Origin: Camelus ferus
Lineage: Eukaryota
Reading direction: 5' to 3'
DNA length: 64,000 nt
Assembly: GCF_009834535.1 (NCBI RefSeq)
Contig: NC_045696.1
Location: 45,076,001 to 45,140,000, forward strand
The first letter of the stretch is position 1. Every line of letters begins with the position of its first letter. Of the stretch, positions 12,721-24,651 are shown in pieces. Under the pieces are notes generated by a model that worked only from the letters and a program-made list of their open reading frames with translations, was not told the DNA's origin and ran no database searches. The position numbers and the translations under genes are program-made.

Positions 12721-14739
12721 ACAGTCAATACAGAAATAATAATAACAACCTCACACTGTCTTGAATTTTTTTTACATTCCACTATATCTAATAAAAGGTC
12801 TGCTTTATGCTTGCGCTTGTTTACGATTATTAGAGTCATCAAACCAATGACTGGGAGATAGGAATGCGTACAAATCCCAGGCCGACCCAGCAAACTGCCA
12901 AACAGTGTTCTTATTGTTTTCCTTTGCAAATCCTGGTTAGTTAACTGCTTTCTCAAACAGATGACGGCTCACGTGGGGCAAAGGTCACATACACTGTTTA
13001 ATGGTTGGTAGCAAAACAATAAAGCAATGGTAAGCCACATGTGATTTTAACGTCCCACTGTCATGCTTCTGAAAGGAAAAGATTCAGTTAAAAATGAGGA
13101 TGGGACATTCAGAAACAGGGAATCAGCACTATCTAGTAACTAAGAAGAAGCTAGCTGAACAAAAAAATAGCAAATCTAAAATTCCTAAAGAAACACGTGT
13201 TTGTAAATATTAGAAGACAAAAGAAACTTTCAAAACTCCTCATTGACCTCAAGAAGAAACTCCACCAAATACAGAAAGAGTACACCCAGAAACGTGCTTT
13301 AAGTCTTGCTGGGAGCTCTACAAATTAAGTGAAACTCATTTTGTTATGGCTTTATGTCTATTTAAAATAAATGATTGCCTGGAAATAGTGCCAATCTATT
13401 TTCCATTGGGAAGTGTTTTTCCCTCATTTTTATTCAATGAAATTAATGATTTAGTTTGCATTTCTAATTATATCCACTACAGCATTCTCTATTTTATTAC
13501 TAAAATTAAAGTGTCTTAGCCCCAAATCTTAAATTTTTGTCTCTTAAAAAAGTAAGACTTTTAATTAAAACATCCAGAATTATTTTTGAATCAAATTTAT
13601 TTAAGGCAGTTTAATATTTTTATTTTAAATTCTTAAGAATCACACATTTAAAAAGACAAGCTGTATTCTGTAAGCTACCAACAAGCCTACTTTAGTGAAA
13701 TTAGAAGCTACTGTACAGGTATAACTTGAACTTAGGGGAGAAAATAACTAAACCAAGTAAAACTTTATTTCTAAATCTCGAAACTGAAAATCAGGGTAAG
13801 CGTAAACCCTCTGTCCAACATGTCAAATGCTAGAAATTTAACCACCCCAATTAAAGATATTCCAGTTTGAGAAGATAATCCATAGTTATAAACCATTTTT
13901 TTCTATAATCACAAAATGTAGAAAGGGCTAAACAGAATTGCTTGCAACACAGGAAGAAATTTGATTTTAGATTCCAATACTAAATCAAAGTCATATTAAT
14001 TACTTTATACTTCTTGTTAGGATTAAACACTTGGTACTTCCAGGAAACACTGAGGTTGCCCACTGATCAATTTTAAACCTTAAGCACTTCATAGGTGTAA
14101 GTTTAAAATACTGTTTAATGCACTAAGTATATATATTCTATAATATATATATAGTTCAAAAACCACATGTTTAAAATCCATTAAGCCTCCATTTTTATTA
14201 TTACTTTATATTATCAAGGCAATTAGTTACCAGAAGAAAAGCATTAGCAGATATGTATGTGATTAAAAACATTTCTTTTTTATACTAATCCAAGTGATTA
14301 AAGAGTAGTTTCAGGAAACTTTAATTAGGCCTTTCACTGAATATTAGAGGATCCCTGCTGGGCAAAAACAAAAGTGGGGCTTTAATTCCAATTTCTGACA
14401 TAGATCCAGGTTGAAAACTAAATGTTTTCGGTCTGTATGAACATAGTTGGCTAAGAGGCATAGTTAATATCTTTCAATATGGGAAGATTAGTCAAATTCT
14501 GGCACTAATGCTAATGAACAATCCTGATACTTGCAGAAGTTCTATAACAGAACTCAGGGCTGGTGAACAGATAGCAACATGGAATTTAAGAATTGATTAT
14601 TTTGTCTTATGGCCTGGTGACCTTGAGCAAGTTGCTGAAGGAAGTCTATAAACTTCTATTTTCTCATGTTAAAAATGATTGACCTGTGCACATGTGCACA
14701 ACCATACACACGTACACACACACAAACTTGAGTGTGCAT

Positions 14740-14880
14740 AACTGGAGAAATCTGAAAGAGCTCAGTGGACAATGCTAATAGAAATTTCCTGCTATTGATG
14801 TTGTGCTACAGCTAGGCAAAATGCTAACATTGGGGAAGACTAGGTAAAGTTTCAAAATAAAAATCAGGAAAAAAAAAAGA
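14740..14880 (+). mobile_element. Old L1M 3' fragment
   Basis: ggagaaatctgaa...aatttcctg...ttgtgctacag...aaaatgctaacattgggga. Confidence 0.5.
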
Positions 14881-15184
14881 CTTGCCTAGATAAATTCCAA
14901 TTTCTATCTAGCTCTGAAATTCTGTAACTTTGTGAAAATCACTTCCTCTGTCTTTTCTACTTGGTTTCCCTCCCTTTCTTCCATTCCGCTTACTTAAGCT
15001 TGTCTGTTTGTTTTCACTCACCCTCCAATGACAAGCCTACCAGTAATACTAACACTATTGCTTTGCTGCTAGTGGCACACAGAGTAAAAGAGGAAAATAA
15101 GTAAGTGCAGAAACTGACAAAGATGACTCATCAATTATAAACGTTAAAAGATCATGGTGGAAATTTTAGCAAAGATAATTTCAT

Positions 15185-15665
15185 CAACCCATCCAATCGT
15201 CCAACAAATACTGAGCACACATTTGTCTCAGTATCTATGCTAGTCACTGCAGGGTACAAAAGTAAATAAAAACAGACCTAGACATACCACAGTCTTCAAA
15301 GAACTGACAGGTCAGTGTAAGAAAGACCGGAGTCAAACCAACAGGCAAATTAAACTAACACTGCAACCGTACCAAGGACTAGTCAAAGGAATTTGACCTA
15401 GTGAAGTCTGGAACATCTTTGCTGAAGATCAGATCTGAGGAATAAATTGGAGTTATTGATACTGAAAGGAAGAAATGACAGGTCCAGGCAGATATGAGCA
15501 CTGCGGTAAAAGGGAACAGAGCAATTCCAAGGGACTGGAAAAGAAGGATCAGTGTGGACACAGCAAAGAAACAAGGGAAATCTTGTGCAAGATGAAGCTA
15601 GAGGGATAATAAGAGAGAGAATTGGGAGGATTTTATAGATTACATTTAAGATTTGAAATCTACCA
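15185..15665 (-). mobile_element. L2 fragment
   Basis: catccaatcgtccaacaaatactgagcac... followed by a purine-rich antisense L2 body (gaagatcagatctgagga, gggaacagagcaattccaagg). Confidence 0.55.
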
Positions 15666-15759
15666 AAGCTCTGAGATTCATTCCTTGTTCCTCTTATTTC
15701 CATAAAAATTTTATGTAGGATACTTCTAAGCTTCTCCTTGACTACTGGTTTAAATAAAA

Positions 15760-15930
15760 TCAATGTGTTAATTTCAGAGTCCTAATTTCTAATTTCAACT
15801 TGGTCATCTTAGGCAGGTCACTTAAACTGACAGTCTATTAATTTCCTTATCTATAAAATGTAAACAGAGTAAGCAAGCCCATTTATATCTCAGAGATACT
15901 GAGAGAATTAAATGAAAAATTGCACTGTAA
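15760..15930. mobile_element. MIR
   Basis: catcttaggcaggtcacttaaac...tttccttatctataaaatg...tgagagaattaaatga. Confidence 0.65.
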
Positions 15931-17414
15931 AGGATGAAGCAAAGAATAAAGTAGTATATGAATTCTACAGTGATATTTCAAATCCTATTAAAATTAACCA
16001 ACCAAAATAATATTTTTAAGTGGGTAAATGCAACTAACTCAGCAAATTCAAGGAAACAATGGAAGATCATTTTCTCTGGAAGGAAGAAGGATGGCAAAAT
16101 GACTAAGAAAAAACTGGAGAATATTTCACTATCTTAACAACACAGTCTTTCTAAGTGACAAATACAAACGTAAAATGGTAAAAAATCAAATTAATTAGAT
16201 CAAACAAAATCCAGCACAGGTGTCTTGGGGCTTATCTCTATTGGCTTCTTTCATGCAGGGGAATATTTTTAAATATTGATATTGACAGTTATGAGACGAA
16301 AAGAAAACCCACTCTGCAGATAATATCTACTGATTACTCTAGTTTTTACTAAATACAAGGTAGGCTTATTAAAAGCCATCTCCTCCTCCCAAATATTAAC
16401 ATTTTTGACTATGAAAATATTAGTCAAAATTACAATTACAAATTTGTCTTTCAAGGTCTGCAAGATTATGTCCCCAAGGGCCAAAACCAAGATTGTATTT
16501 ACATTTGATCACAGAAATAGGAGACAATCATACTTTTGTAAAGAAAGACTCACATCTGAGGCACAAATAGCAGTCGCACACAGAGAACTAGTATTGGGAG
16601 ATAACTGGTAAGCCTGTACCAAACCAGTTCAATAACAAGAACTCCAAGTTGGGTATCACTCAACTACTTTGAGAAACTGTGACTGCTTGTCTTCCCTACC
16701 CCTGCACAATCTGCTTTTCTCCTCCTTCCCATCAATGGCAAAATTTTAGTAAATAAAATCTGTCTTATATGCTGCCTGCAAAGCCTACTAGACTCTCCCA
16801 TGAAGAAAGATCTCAGAATAGATAGGATAAGGTGATTGACGGTATTGAAACTTAAATGCAGTTTGGCTTAAAATGCAGTTCAGTTAAACACTTTGATTTT
16901 TTTTTTTTAATTCTCTCTAATGAAAATGGAAAGAAAGATAATCCGGCTTTTAGGCTCAAATACTCATGTCTCAGAATCTAAGAAATCAAGGATTGAGACT
17001 CAAAATCAGAATAGGATTTTGGATAGGATTAAATTCTCCCAACCAAAGCTTTTATGTGCTTTATGTTTAGATGTTCATCAAAGATAATAAGAAAAATATA
17101 ATGATGAAAAATAAAACTTACAAGATAGAACACAAATATGAGGATTTGTCAATATACTTAAATCAATTAACAAACATCACAGAGGTTAAGTAAACTGTTG
17201 GTTTCATTCTGTTTTGTTTTATGCAAAGTAGTGTATTTAACTTGATTTAAATTTTGTAACAAATCTGATCTAAGTTACTCTTCATGAGAATAAATAAACT
17301 TTGATGCTATAAGTAAAATTTTTTAATTGATGAAGTATCTTCTACCACTGGCCACAATGGAGGAGAATAGTATACATGCTGAAAAAAATATCTAAATAGA
17401 TTCATGGCAGCATA

Positions 17415-18110
17415 AATAGATGTGGCCCCAAGTTTCACTGATTCATCAGAAAGCACTCTTGTGCTCATTCCTTCTTTCCCATTCTCACTGCCACTATCAT
17501 AGACGGAGGCTTCAATCACTTCTCACTGGTAATACCACAACAGTCTTCACAAATGTTCCAAAGACCAATTTCATCAAACTCCAACATATCCTGCCCAGTG
17601 GTGTCAAATCTTCATAAACATACCTCTGGTAATGTCATTGCTCTTCAGTTACACCTCACATCCTAATGAATATGAGACATATTCCCTAGTCTAAGATTCA
17701 GGCACCTCCAAGATTTGGTATCACCTATCTCAGAGCCAAATTTCTATCCCTCCCCACACCACCACCACAGACCTTGTTTCTGCTGTCCTTGTGCCTTGCA
17801 GAGTCCAGTCCCTCCATCTCCCACCCTCTGTCCACTAATATCCCATCTGTTTCTGGGGCTAAAAATCAAATGCTCTCCACAAAACTCTCCACGATCAGGA
17901 CCAGCCTGGCATAACGAATCTCTCCCTTCCTTGGAGTTCTTCATACTTCTTTCAAAGCACTTCCAGCACCCTTCTAGGCAAAATCATAATGTCTCTTGTA
18001 TACCTACATTATTTCCCTGATTTGATAACTTCTTCAGGGCAGACTGAGCTTTAAATCTAGGGAGAGTGACTTATACACCTGTAGGCACCGTATTTACTTA
18101 TTGAATGATA
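17415..18110 (+). mobile_element. L2 3' region
   Basis: ccttctttcccattctcactgccacta...attcaggcacctccaagatttgg...tcaaatgctctcc...gtaggcaccgtatttacttattgaatga. Confidence 0.6.
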
Positions 18111-18789
18111 ACAATGTCTTTGTTCCCTCTGAGTGTAGTAGTGAAAGGAGAGATAAATGAACGAGTGGACCCCATTCAAAGGATGATAAGCAAAAACCGC
18201 AAGAAAAGCTGTTACTGAATTTCAATTACAATGGAATATCAATGATAACTTTTATCAGTTCCACTGAAAAGTACAAAGGTCGCATGGTGTCATCTGACTT
18301 AGTCTTGGTTTCCACTTTGCTAAACTGAAAATAAGAGCAAGCTGACTGCCCCAAAGCCACTTGAAGCAAACTTGTCCATTAATTTAATCTAAAACATTTT
18401 GACAACTACTGAACAGGTTTGCCCAATCTTCGTATTCTGCACTTAAACCTTTTCTTTCTTCAAAAGCTTAATTTTCCTATGTTAGGCTCTGAGGTCCACC
18501 TAAGATTCCAAGTGCATTAATGAAATTCTTACAAATACTATTCATTATTGCCCGTGTTAAAAAAACACATTAAATAAATAAATAAATAAAATAAAAGCAC
18601 TCTAGAAAGTATTCTACAAAAAAAAAAAAGAGAGAGAGAGAGAAGCAAAAAGTGTCTTTCAGAAGTAACTACAGGAATAAATGGTGCATAAACTAAATTC
18701 TACATTATGTGTTTATGTACATGGGCTGCTCACCTACTGTCAAGCTAAGTTCTTTTAAGAAACAAATCTGGATTTTGAATCATCACCTC

Positions 18790-19915
18790 TTTATTCAGTT
18801 CAATCAATCATCAAGTTTACTGAGCACCAAAATATGGGCCTAGCACAACTGAAGGCGGTACCAAAAATAAATGATCTTTGCCAAAGGAATCCAAATTCCA
18901 ACTGAAGTGACAAGTCTACCACAAGTGCCAACAATGTAACACAAAGTATACTTTGGCATACATCGGTGTCCAGCTCTTAAGAGCTAAACCAGGTTCAGGA
19001 AAAGGAGAAATCAGCATGGTCTAGCTAGACTCACGGAAGAGCTGGGACCAAAACTGGGTGGGAAGGATGAAGAGATTCCAGATGGGTGGGAGGGGAAATC
19101 ATAACCAAAGGCATACAGACAATTAGCGGGGCGTGTTTTTAGGATCGTGAGCAAAGGAAAAAGAAACGGAGACAGGTCTGGAGTAGTGAGAAATGAGATG
19201 GGGTGGGGGAATAGCTCAGTTGGTGGAGTGCATGCTGAGCATGCACAAGGTACTTGGCTCGATTCCCAGTACCTCCATTTAAAATAATAAAAAGAAAGAA
19301 ATGGAAATGAAATGAGATAGAATATTAAAGGTAAACCAGGTTACAAAGAAGGTGTTTAATCTTTTATAAAAAAGGCAAATGCCCCTAGTGGGGACTAAAG
19401 TGTTTAAAAAGACTTCCCTAGCTTAGCACAGTGTAGAAACAAGATACTGGAAAGCCAGCCATTAACAGTAACGGAGCCACAAGTGAGGGAAGGCTGAAAC
19501 AACACAGCTGCAAGAACGGGGACAAGAAGCAGCAGCAAAGATTATTTTTAAAAGAGAGGAGATTCAGTAGAAACTCAGGATTACACGAGGAGGGGAAAGA
19601 GATGAAAAGGATTAGTCACAGATGACGTGAAGCTTGACATCAACAGAAGCAAGGATGTTGGGGAGTGGGAGGAGGAGTTCAGGCCCATCAATTTGAGATG
19701 TTATCATTTCCAAGCATGCGTGTTCACTGGCAATGCTGAACTAGAGCTAAGCTGAACAGAAAGAATGAGAGACAAGAGAACCATAAGCACGACAAGGAGA
19801 ATTGAGAGTGAAATGAAATTACCAAGAAAAGGGTAGATTTGGGTTAAAGACAGCCTTGGGAAATACCGGCATTTAGGAACCAAACAAAAGGAATGCAGAT
19901 GGAGTAGTTCAGAGA
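18790..19915 (-). mobile_element. L2 (antisense), interrupted by a SINE and abutting an L1
   Basis: attcagttcaatcaatcatcaagtttactgagcacc (L2 terminus) followed by a purine-rich L2-like body. Confidence 0.55.
19200..19308 (+). mobile_element. Vic-1-like camelid SINE with 10-bp TSD
   Basis: ggggtgggggaatagctcagttggtggagtgcatgctgagcatgcacaaggtacttggctcgattcccagtacctccattt plus A-rich tail; tRNA A/B-box-like motifs. TSD gaaatgagat at 19190-19199 and 19309-19318. Confidence 0.85.
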
Positions 19916-19926
19916 TAAGAAAGGAC

Positions 19927-20271
19927 AAACTAACTTATTTACAAAACAGAAACAGCTCACAGACATAGAAAACGAAAAGAAACAAAGGAAACTTATGGTT
20001 ACCAGAGGGAAAAAAGGGGTGGGAAGGGGTAAACTGGGAGTTCGAGATTTGCAGATACTAATATACATAAAATAGATAAACAACAAATTCATACTGTATA
20101 GCACAGGGCACTATATTCAATACCTTGTAGTAACTTATGGTAAAAAAAAGAATATGAAAATGAATATGTATGTTCATGTATGACTGAATCATTATGCTGT
20201 ATATCAGAAACTTGACACAACACTGTAAACTGACTATACTTCAATTAAAAAATATATACAATAAAAAAAGA
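19927..20271 (+). mobile_element. Truncated L1 3' end (cetartiodactyl/camelid type)
   Basis: aacttatttacaaaacagaaacag...acttatggttaccagaggg...aaaatagataaacaacaa...gcacagggcactatattcaatacc...gtaaactgactatacttcaattaaaa. aagaaagga on both sides is a probable TSD. Confidence 0.88.
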
Positions 20272-20590
20272 AAGAAAGGAATTGAGACACATAGAAATTA
20301 CTGAAAACCAGAAAAACAATACATCAAAAAGCAGTGGAAGGTGGAGCAGAAGCCAAGCCACTGAGCTGAACCATAAGGTTAAAGGAAATCTGACAGCAAG
20401 CTCTGAAAACTGGAATATAACAAAACCCAAATCCAAGGAGTAACAGAAGGCTAGTTTAGGAAAAATTAAAGAGTTGTGTACACCACTAGTTTGTCAATAA
20501 AGGCAGGCAGAAAAGTGAGTAATGCAAGTTTTCAGTTTGATGTGAGAAAGAAGCTGGTATTTAACAACCATTTTGAGTGTCTAAGGTAAC

Positions 20591-20637
20591 ATATATATAC
20601 ACACATACACAGACACAGACACACACACACACACACA
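20591..20637. repeat. (TA)/(CA)n compound microsatellite
   Basis: Seen directly. Confidence 0.85.
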
Positions 20638-21076
20638 AAGCAAGGCCAGCAACACAGTCACCGCCAGGAAAATCTAATTTGCATTATTAGATTTATGTAT
20701 CAATTTATCATTTTAAATCATGCTGAAACTTGGTTCCAGGAATAAAGATAAATTTTGAAAATAAACAATTGTTATTTCAAAAGGTTTTAATTATATTTTC
20801 TCTTGCTTAAATATTCTGGTTTCTAGAAATCCATGTACTTCCATTTAAATATGTCACACTACTACTAAAGTGGCTTTTAAAAAAAATACCACAAACTTCA
20901 TCAGAATTAGTGAAAATCTGTCCTGAAAAAAAAACCTCAAACAATAAATATTCCAAAGAATGGGAACTAATAGTAATAATAAAATATATTTACAGGCATA
21001 ATCTTATAAAATCAGATTCTACAAAAAACACTGCATTCCGTAATAATTCAACTTTAGTAAATAAGCCACTAATTTT

Positions 21077-21143
21077 TCTTTTTTGGGTGGGGGAGGAGGT
21101 AATTAGGTTTATTTATTTTAATGGAGGTGTTGGGGACTGAACC
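21077..21143 (-). mobile_element. Vic-1-like SINE, 3' half and tail (left part of composite)
   Basis: Reverse complement reads ggttcagtccccaacacctccattaaaataaataaacctaattacctcctcccccacccaaaaaagaaaa. Confidence 0.8.
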
Positions 21144-21145
21144 TC

Positions 21146-21419
21146 TTTAAATATCTATATTTATTCTTTCAAGTGGTTTCACAATGGTTGATTATATTTA
21201 GCTTGATATACGAGTCTAGACTTAGTCAAGTTTTATCTAACATTTTGCCAAGTATGTTGGAAACATAATGGAGCTACTGTCTGCATATAAGTGGGATTCC
21301 TGTTTTGCAGATTGACAGGTGCAGTTGTGAAGTTAAGTCAGAAAGAGTTAAGTTGAAACAGACTTTCTCACTTTCCTTTTGTCCACTGACATAACCAGTT
21401 TCTCTGAGGACTCTTTACA
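21146..21419. repeat. Inverted copy of 22175-22446 (arm A)
   Basis: Manual alignment to the reverse complement of 22175-22446 shows about 16 substitutions and 4 small indels over ~273 bp. Confidence 0.95.
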
Positions 21420-21510
21420 TTTAGGTTTATTTACTTGTTTGTTAATGGAGGTGCTGGGGCCTCTCTGCATGTTATGCATACACTCTACCACTAGAGCTGT
21501 ACCTTCCTCC
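21420..21510 (-). mobile_element. Vic-1-like SINE, 5' part (right part of composite)
   Basis: Reverse complement reads ggaggaaggtacagctctagtggtagagtgtatgcataacatgcagagaggccccagcacctccattaacaaacaagtaaataaacctaaa. TSD-like taagccactaatttt (21062-21076) / taaaccattaatttt (21511-21525) flanks the whole composite. Confidence 0.8.
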
Positions 21511-22174
21511 TAAACCATTAATTTTAATGGTTCATTATCATCAACGATCAACATTTATTAGGATTATATTCCTGTACTGACAAAAGAATGGCTGAGACAT
21601 AAAATCTCCAGGTATTTACAAGGTAGTTAGGGAAACTGGAAAGATATTAACAAGGTAATGGAATGGGTTCATACTAATAGTATTCCCTACTGAAAGTTAG
21701 AGAGTGATTTAAAAATAAAGTACAATGACTACACAGTTTTTGTACATCAATAAAAATTCTGAGAAACAGTACTGACATTTTTTAAATTAAGGCAACAAAT
21801 TAAAAGTCAAAACTAAAAGCAAAAAAAAATCACATATGATTTTAATTACTGTTGATAATAAATATAGCAATAATGCAACTGTGTATTACCACTGAGTTTA
21901 ATCCAAACACTGTGTAAATAATTCAAAACACAAGAGAAACTAGGAATTCTTCAATAAATTAAAATATCAAAAGCCTATAGAAGTTTAGAAAAATGGATAA
22001 TCGTGAAGGTTAACTTTATTTTAACAATTATAAACAACAGAGTAGACAGCTATTTAAAGCTACTCTATCACTTTAAGAACTTTAGAAGTTGATGAAGTAT
22101 AGGATAGGGGATATAAAAATTAAATATTAGAGATTTAGATTCAGAACAGTGAAGGTTTGCCTCTGCTACTGACT

Positions 22175-22446
22175 TGTATAAAGTCCTCAGAGAAACTGGT
22201 TGTCAGTGAGCAAAAGGAAAGTGAGAAAGTCCGCTTCAGCTTGACTCTCTGATTTAACTTCACAACTGCACCTGTCAATCTGCAAAACAGGAATCCTTCC
22301 ACTTCTCTGCAGACAGTAACTCCATTATGTTTCCAACATACTTGGCAAAATGTTAGATAAAACTTGACTAAGTCTTGACTCATATATCAGCTAAATATAG
22401 TCAACCATTGTGAAACCACTTGAAAGAATAAATATAAATATTTAAA
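22175..22446. repeat. Probable donor of the inverted duplication (arm B)
   Basis: Reverse complement of 21146-21419; sits in sequence I do not recognise as a repeat. Confidence 0.95.
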
Positions 22447-24319
22447 ATGGAAGCATGAAGTTTCTCTGAAAGTCAATTAATAGAGTCAAAAAATACATCA
22501 TGAAGCGAAAGTAGGTAATACAACTTAGTTTCTACACTCGAGTGGCTCTACAACTCAACTTCTGGTCAAAAGTAATCAATAGCATAGTTTTTTGCTGTTG
22601 TGTTTCTTGTATCTTTTTTGCCTTGCTCTGAAAACTTTCAACCTTCATTTTGAGAACTACAGTATCATCAGAACTTTTCACTAATTGCTATGTAGCAACA
22701 TTTTTTAAATGGATGCCACGGTTCCTTTCAGGTTTACTCCCTCTACCTATGAATACCAAACAATTCTAAAATTCTGTTGATACACTATTTTCCTAATATC
22801 GCACAGAAAAAATATTCCTAAAATGAAAATGTTATCTTTATATATGAAATTCACTTATGTTGACTATATTAGGGTTCGGAAAGAGGCAGCTAGCAGAAAA
22901 AGTTTAAAGAAGTAGAAGCAAGATTGGTGAGGGGGTGGGGGAAGTTACATTAATTAAATTTTAAGGAAAAAAGATGTCACATAGAAATGAATGGCTAGGA
23001 CATCAAAGTTCATCCTCACCAATGAGCAGCTTTCTCCCCACCGCCCCCACTCATCCCCTCCTTTCTTCTTGCAGTGACTTGGAAAACCACCATTTCCAGC
23101 TTTATAGAGAGAACACTCATTTGTTCTAAACCCATCGCCATAGCTAAGTTGTACGAATTTCACACATATACAAAATTTTAAAGTGTGAAACCTCAAAGAG
23201 TACAGAAAGGAATTCTTCAGGATCATTTTAAAGAATTTTGTACCATAAAATCAAGATAAAACATGTCAAAAACTAGACTTTGCCTCACTGTGAGGAAATC
23301 AACAGAACTGGTAACATGAAAATTCACATGGCTTAAAAAGTCCTAGAGAGTTTGTTCCATCTCTGCTATTCCCCATTCCATCTTGTTCTTTACTCGGAAA
23401 GTGAAATTTTAATTTTAGAAATCTAATAATTCAATAATTATAATGGAGGGTTCTAAGATCTGAGTTAAAGAAAAAAATTTACCTACTCCTAACTTAAAGG
23501 TAGGACATGAAGTGATCTCCAACATTTAGATTTTTACACACACGCCTAATAAGAACTAAATACTCCATTTTTTTCTATTTTCCTAATTTTATAGGCTTCA
23601 GAAAATTGATCTGGGTAATCACTGGGTCCCTTACATCCAAACACAAAATAATTTAGATGTCTGGCTAACATTATTCAAAATCCTAGTCCCTTAAAAAGTC
23701 AGAGACAGATAAACCACTATTCAAATACTGAACAAACTGTCTAAGAGATCCATCAATATTCCAGTGCCTAACAGTTCAAAGGTTTATACATTCACCTTCC
23801 TAAAAGTCAAATGCCAGAGCAAAGGATCTAACCAGTAAGTGCCTTCTAGTTCTACCAATAGGCAATATCTTATTACAAAAAACTGTCCTACAGACAGGAT
23901 GTTGAAATTTCACAGTAAGAGTACAGATTCATACTCATGTTACTGCAAAGATGAAAAGAAAAGGAAAGAAAATTTCTGCAAGGCAGGTAGAAAAAGAACT
24001 TAATTCACAAAGGTCAGGGGCACTTCAGCATGCTAGTGCCAAGCATGTGTTTGTACTCTCCTCTCTGAACATACGAGAAGGTTCTGCAATCATCTAACCA
24101 GTGACTCTGCTTTCTCAAGACTCCCAGGTATTGAAATGTGCATTTGTCCTCACTAACTTCCGTTCCTTTAGTCCTCAACTAATTTTTCAGTATTTCAATA
24201 TTTCTTTATATCTGTACCCAATTTCCTCTTCCCTCCTAACTCAGAGGAAGAAACAGAGCTTTTCATTTCCAAGGTCATGACTCCAATCCTTCTCATGGTC
24301 CAAACAGAAGCAAGCACAG

Positions 24320-24530
24320 ATGTAAATGTGTATGTCTCTATACATTCCTGTTCACATGTTACCATAGTAAACACACTTGTCTGTATCTTGTTTTATTTTC
24401 TTTTTATTTCTGTAAAACCTTGACATTTGTTCTATACCAGCATATACAGATACAGCTACAGCTCAGTATTTTTACAAATGTAAGTTTCCATAGTATGGAC
24501 ATATAATTTCTCTAACTGATTCTTCGTCAT
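24320..24530 (-). mobile_element. L1ME-like fragment
   Basis: ttgtctgtatcttgtttt...cagcatatacagat...tccatagtatggacatataatt. Confidence 0.5.
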
Positions 24531-24616
24531 TTGCTACTATAGATTACAACTTTTATTTATAATTATTTTTATTCCTATGCATTTATATATGAACAGGTAT
24601 GATGTGTGCACAAGGC

Positions 24617-24651
24617 GTGTGTGCGCGCACACAAGCACACACACACACACA
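24617..24651. repeat. (TG)/(CG)/(CA) compound microsatellite
   Basis: gtgtgtgcgcgcacacaagcacacacacacacac seen directly. Confidence 0.8.

Noticed and set aside
19200..19280. tRNA gene
   Set aside because: It has A/B-box-like motifs but also a degenerate cloverleaf, an A-rich tail and a TSD, so it is a tRNA-derived SINE.
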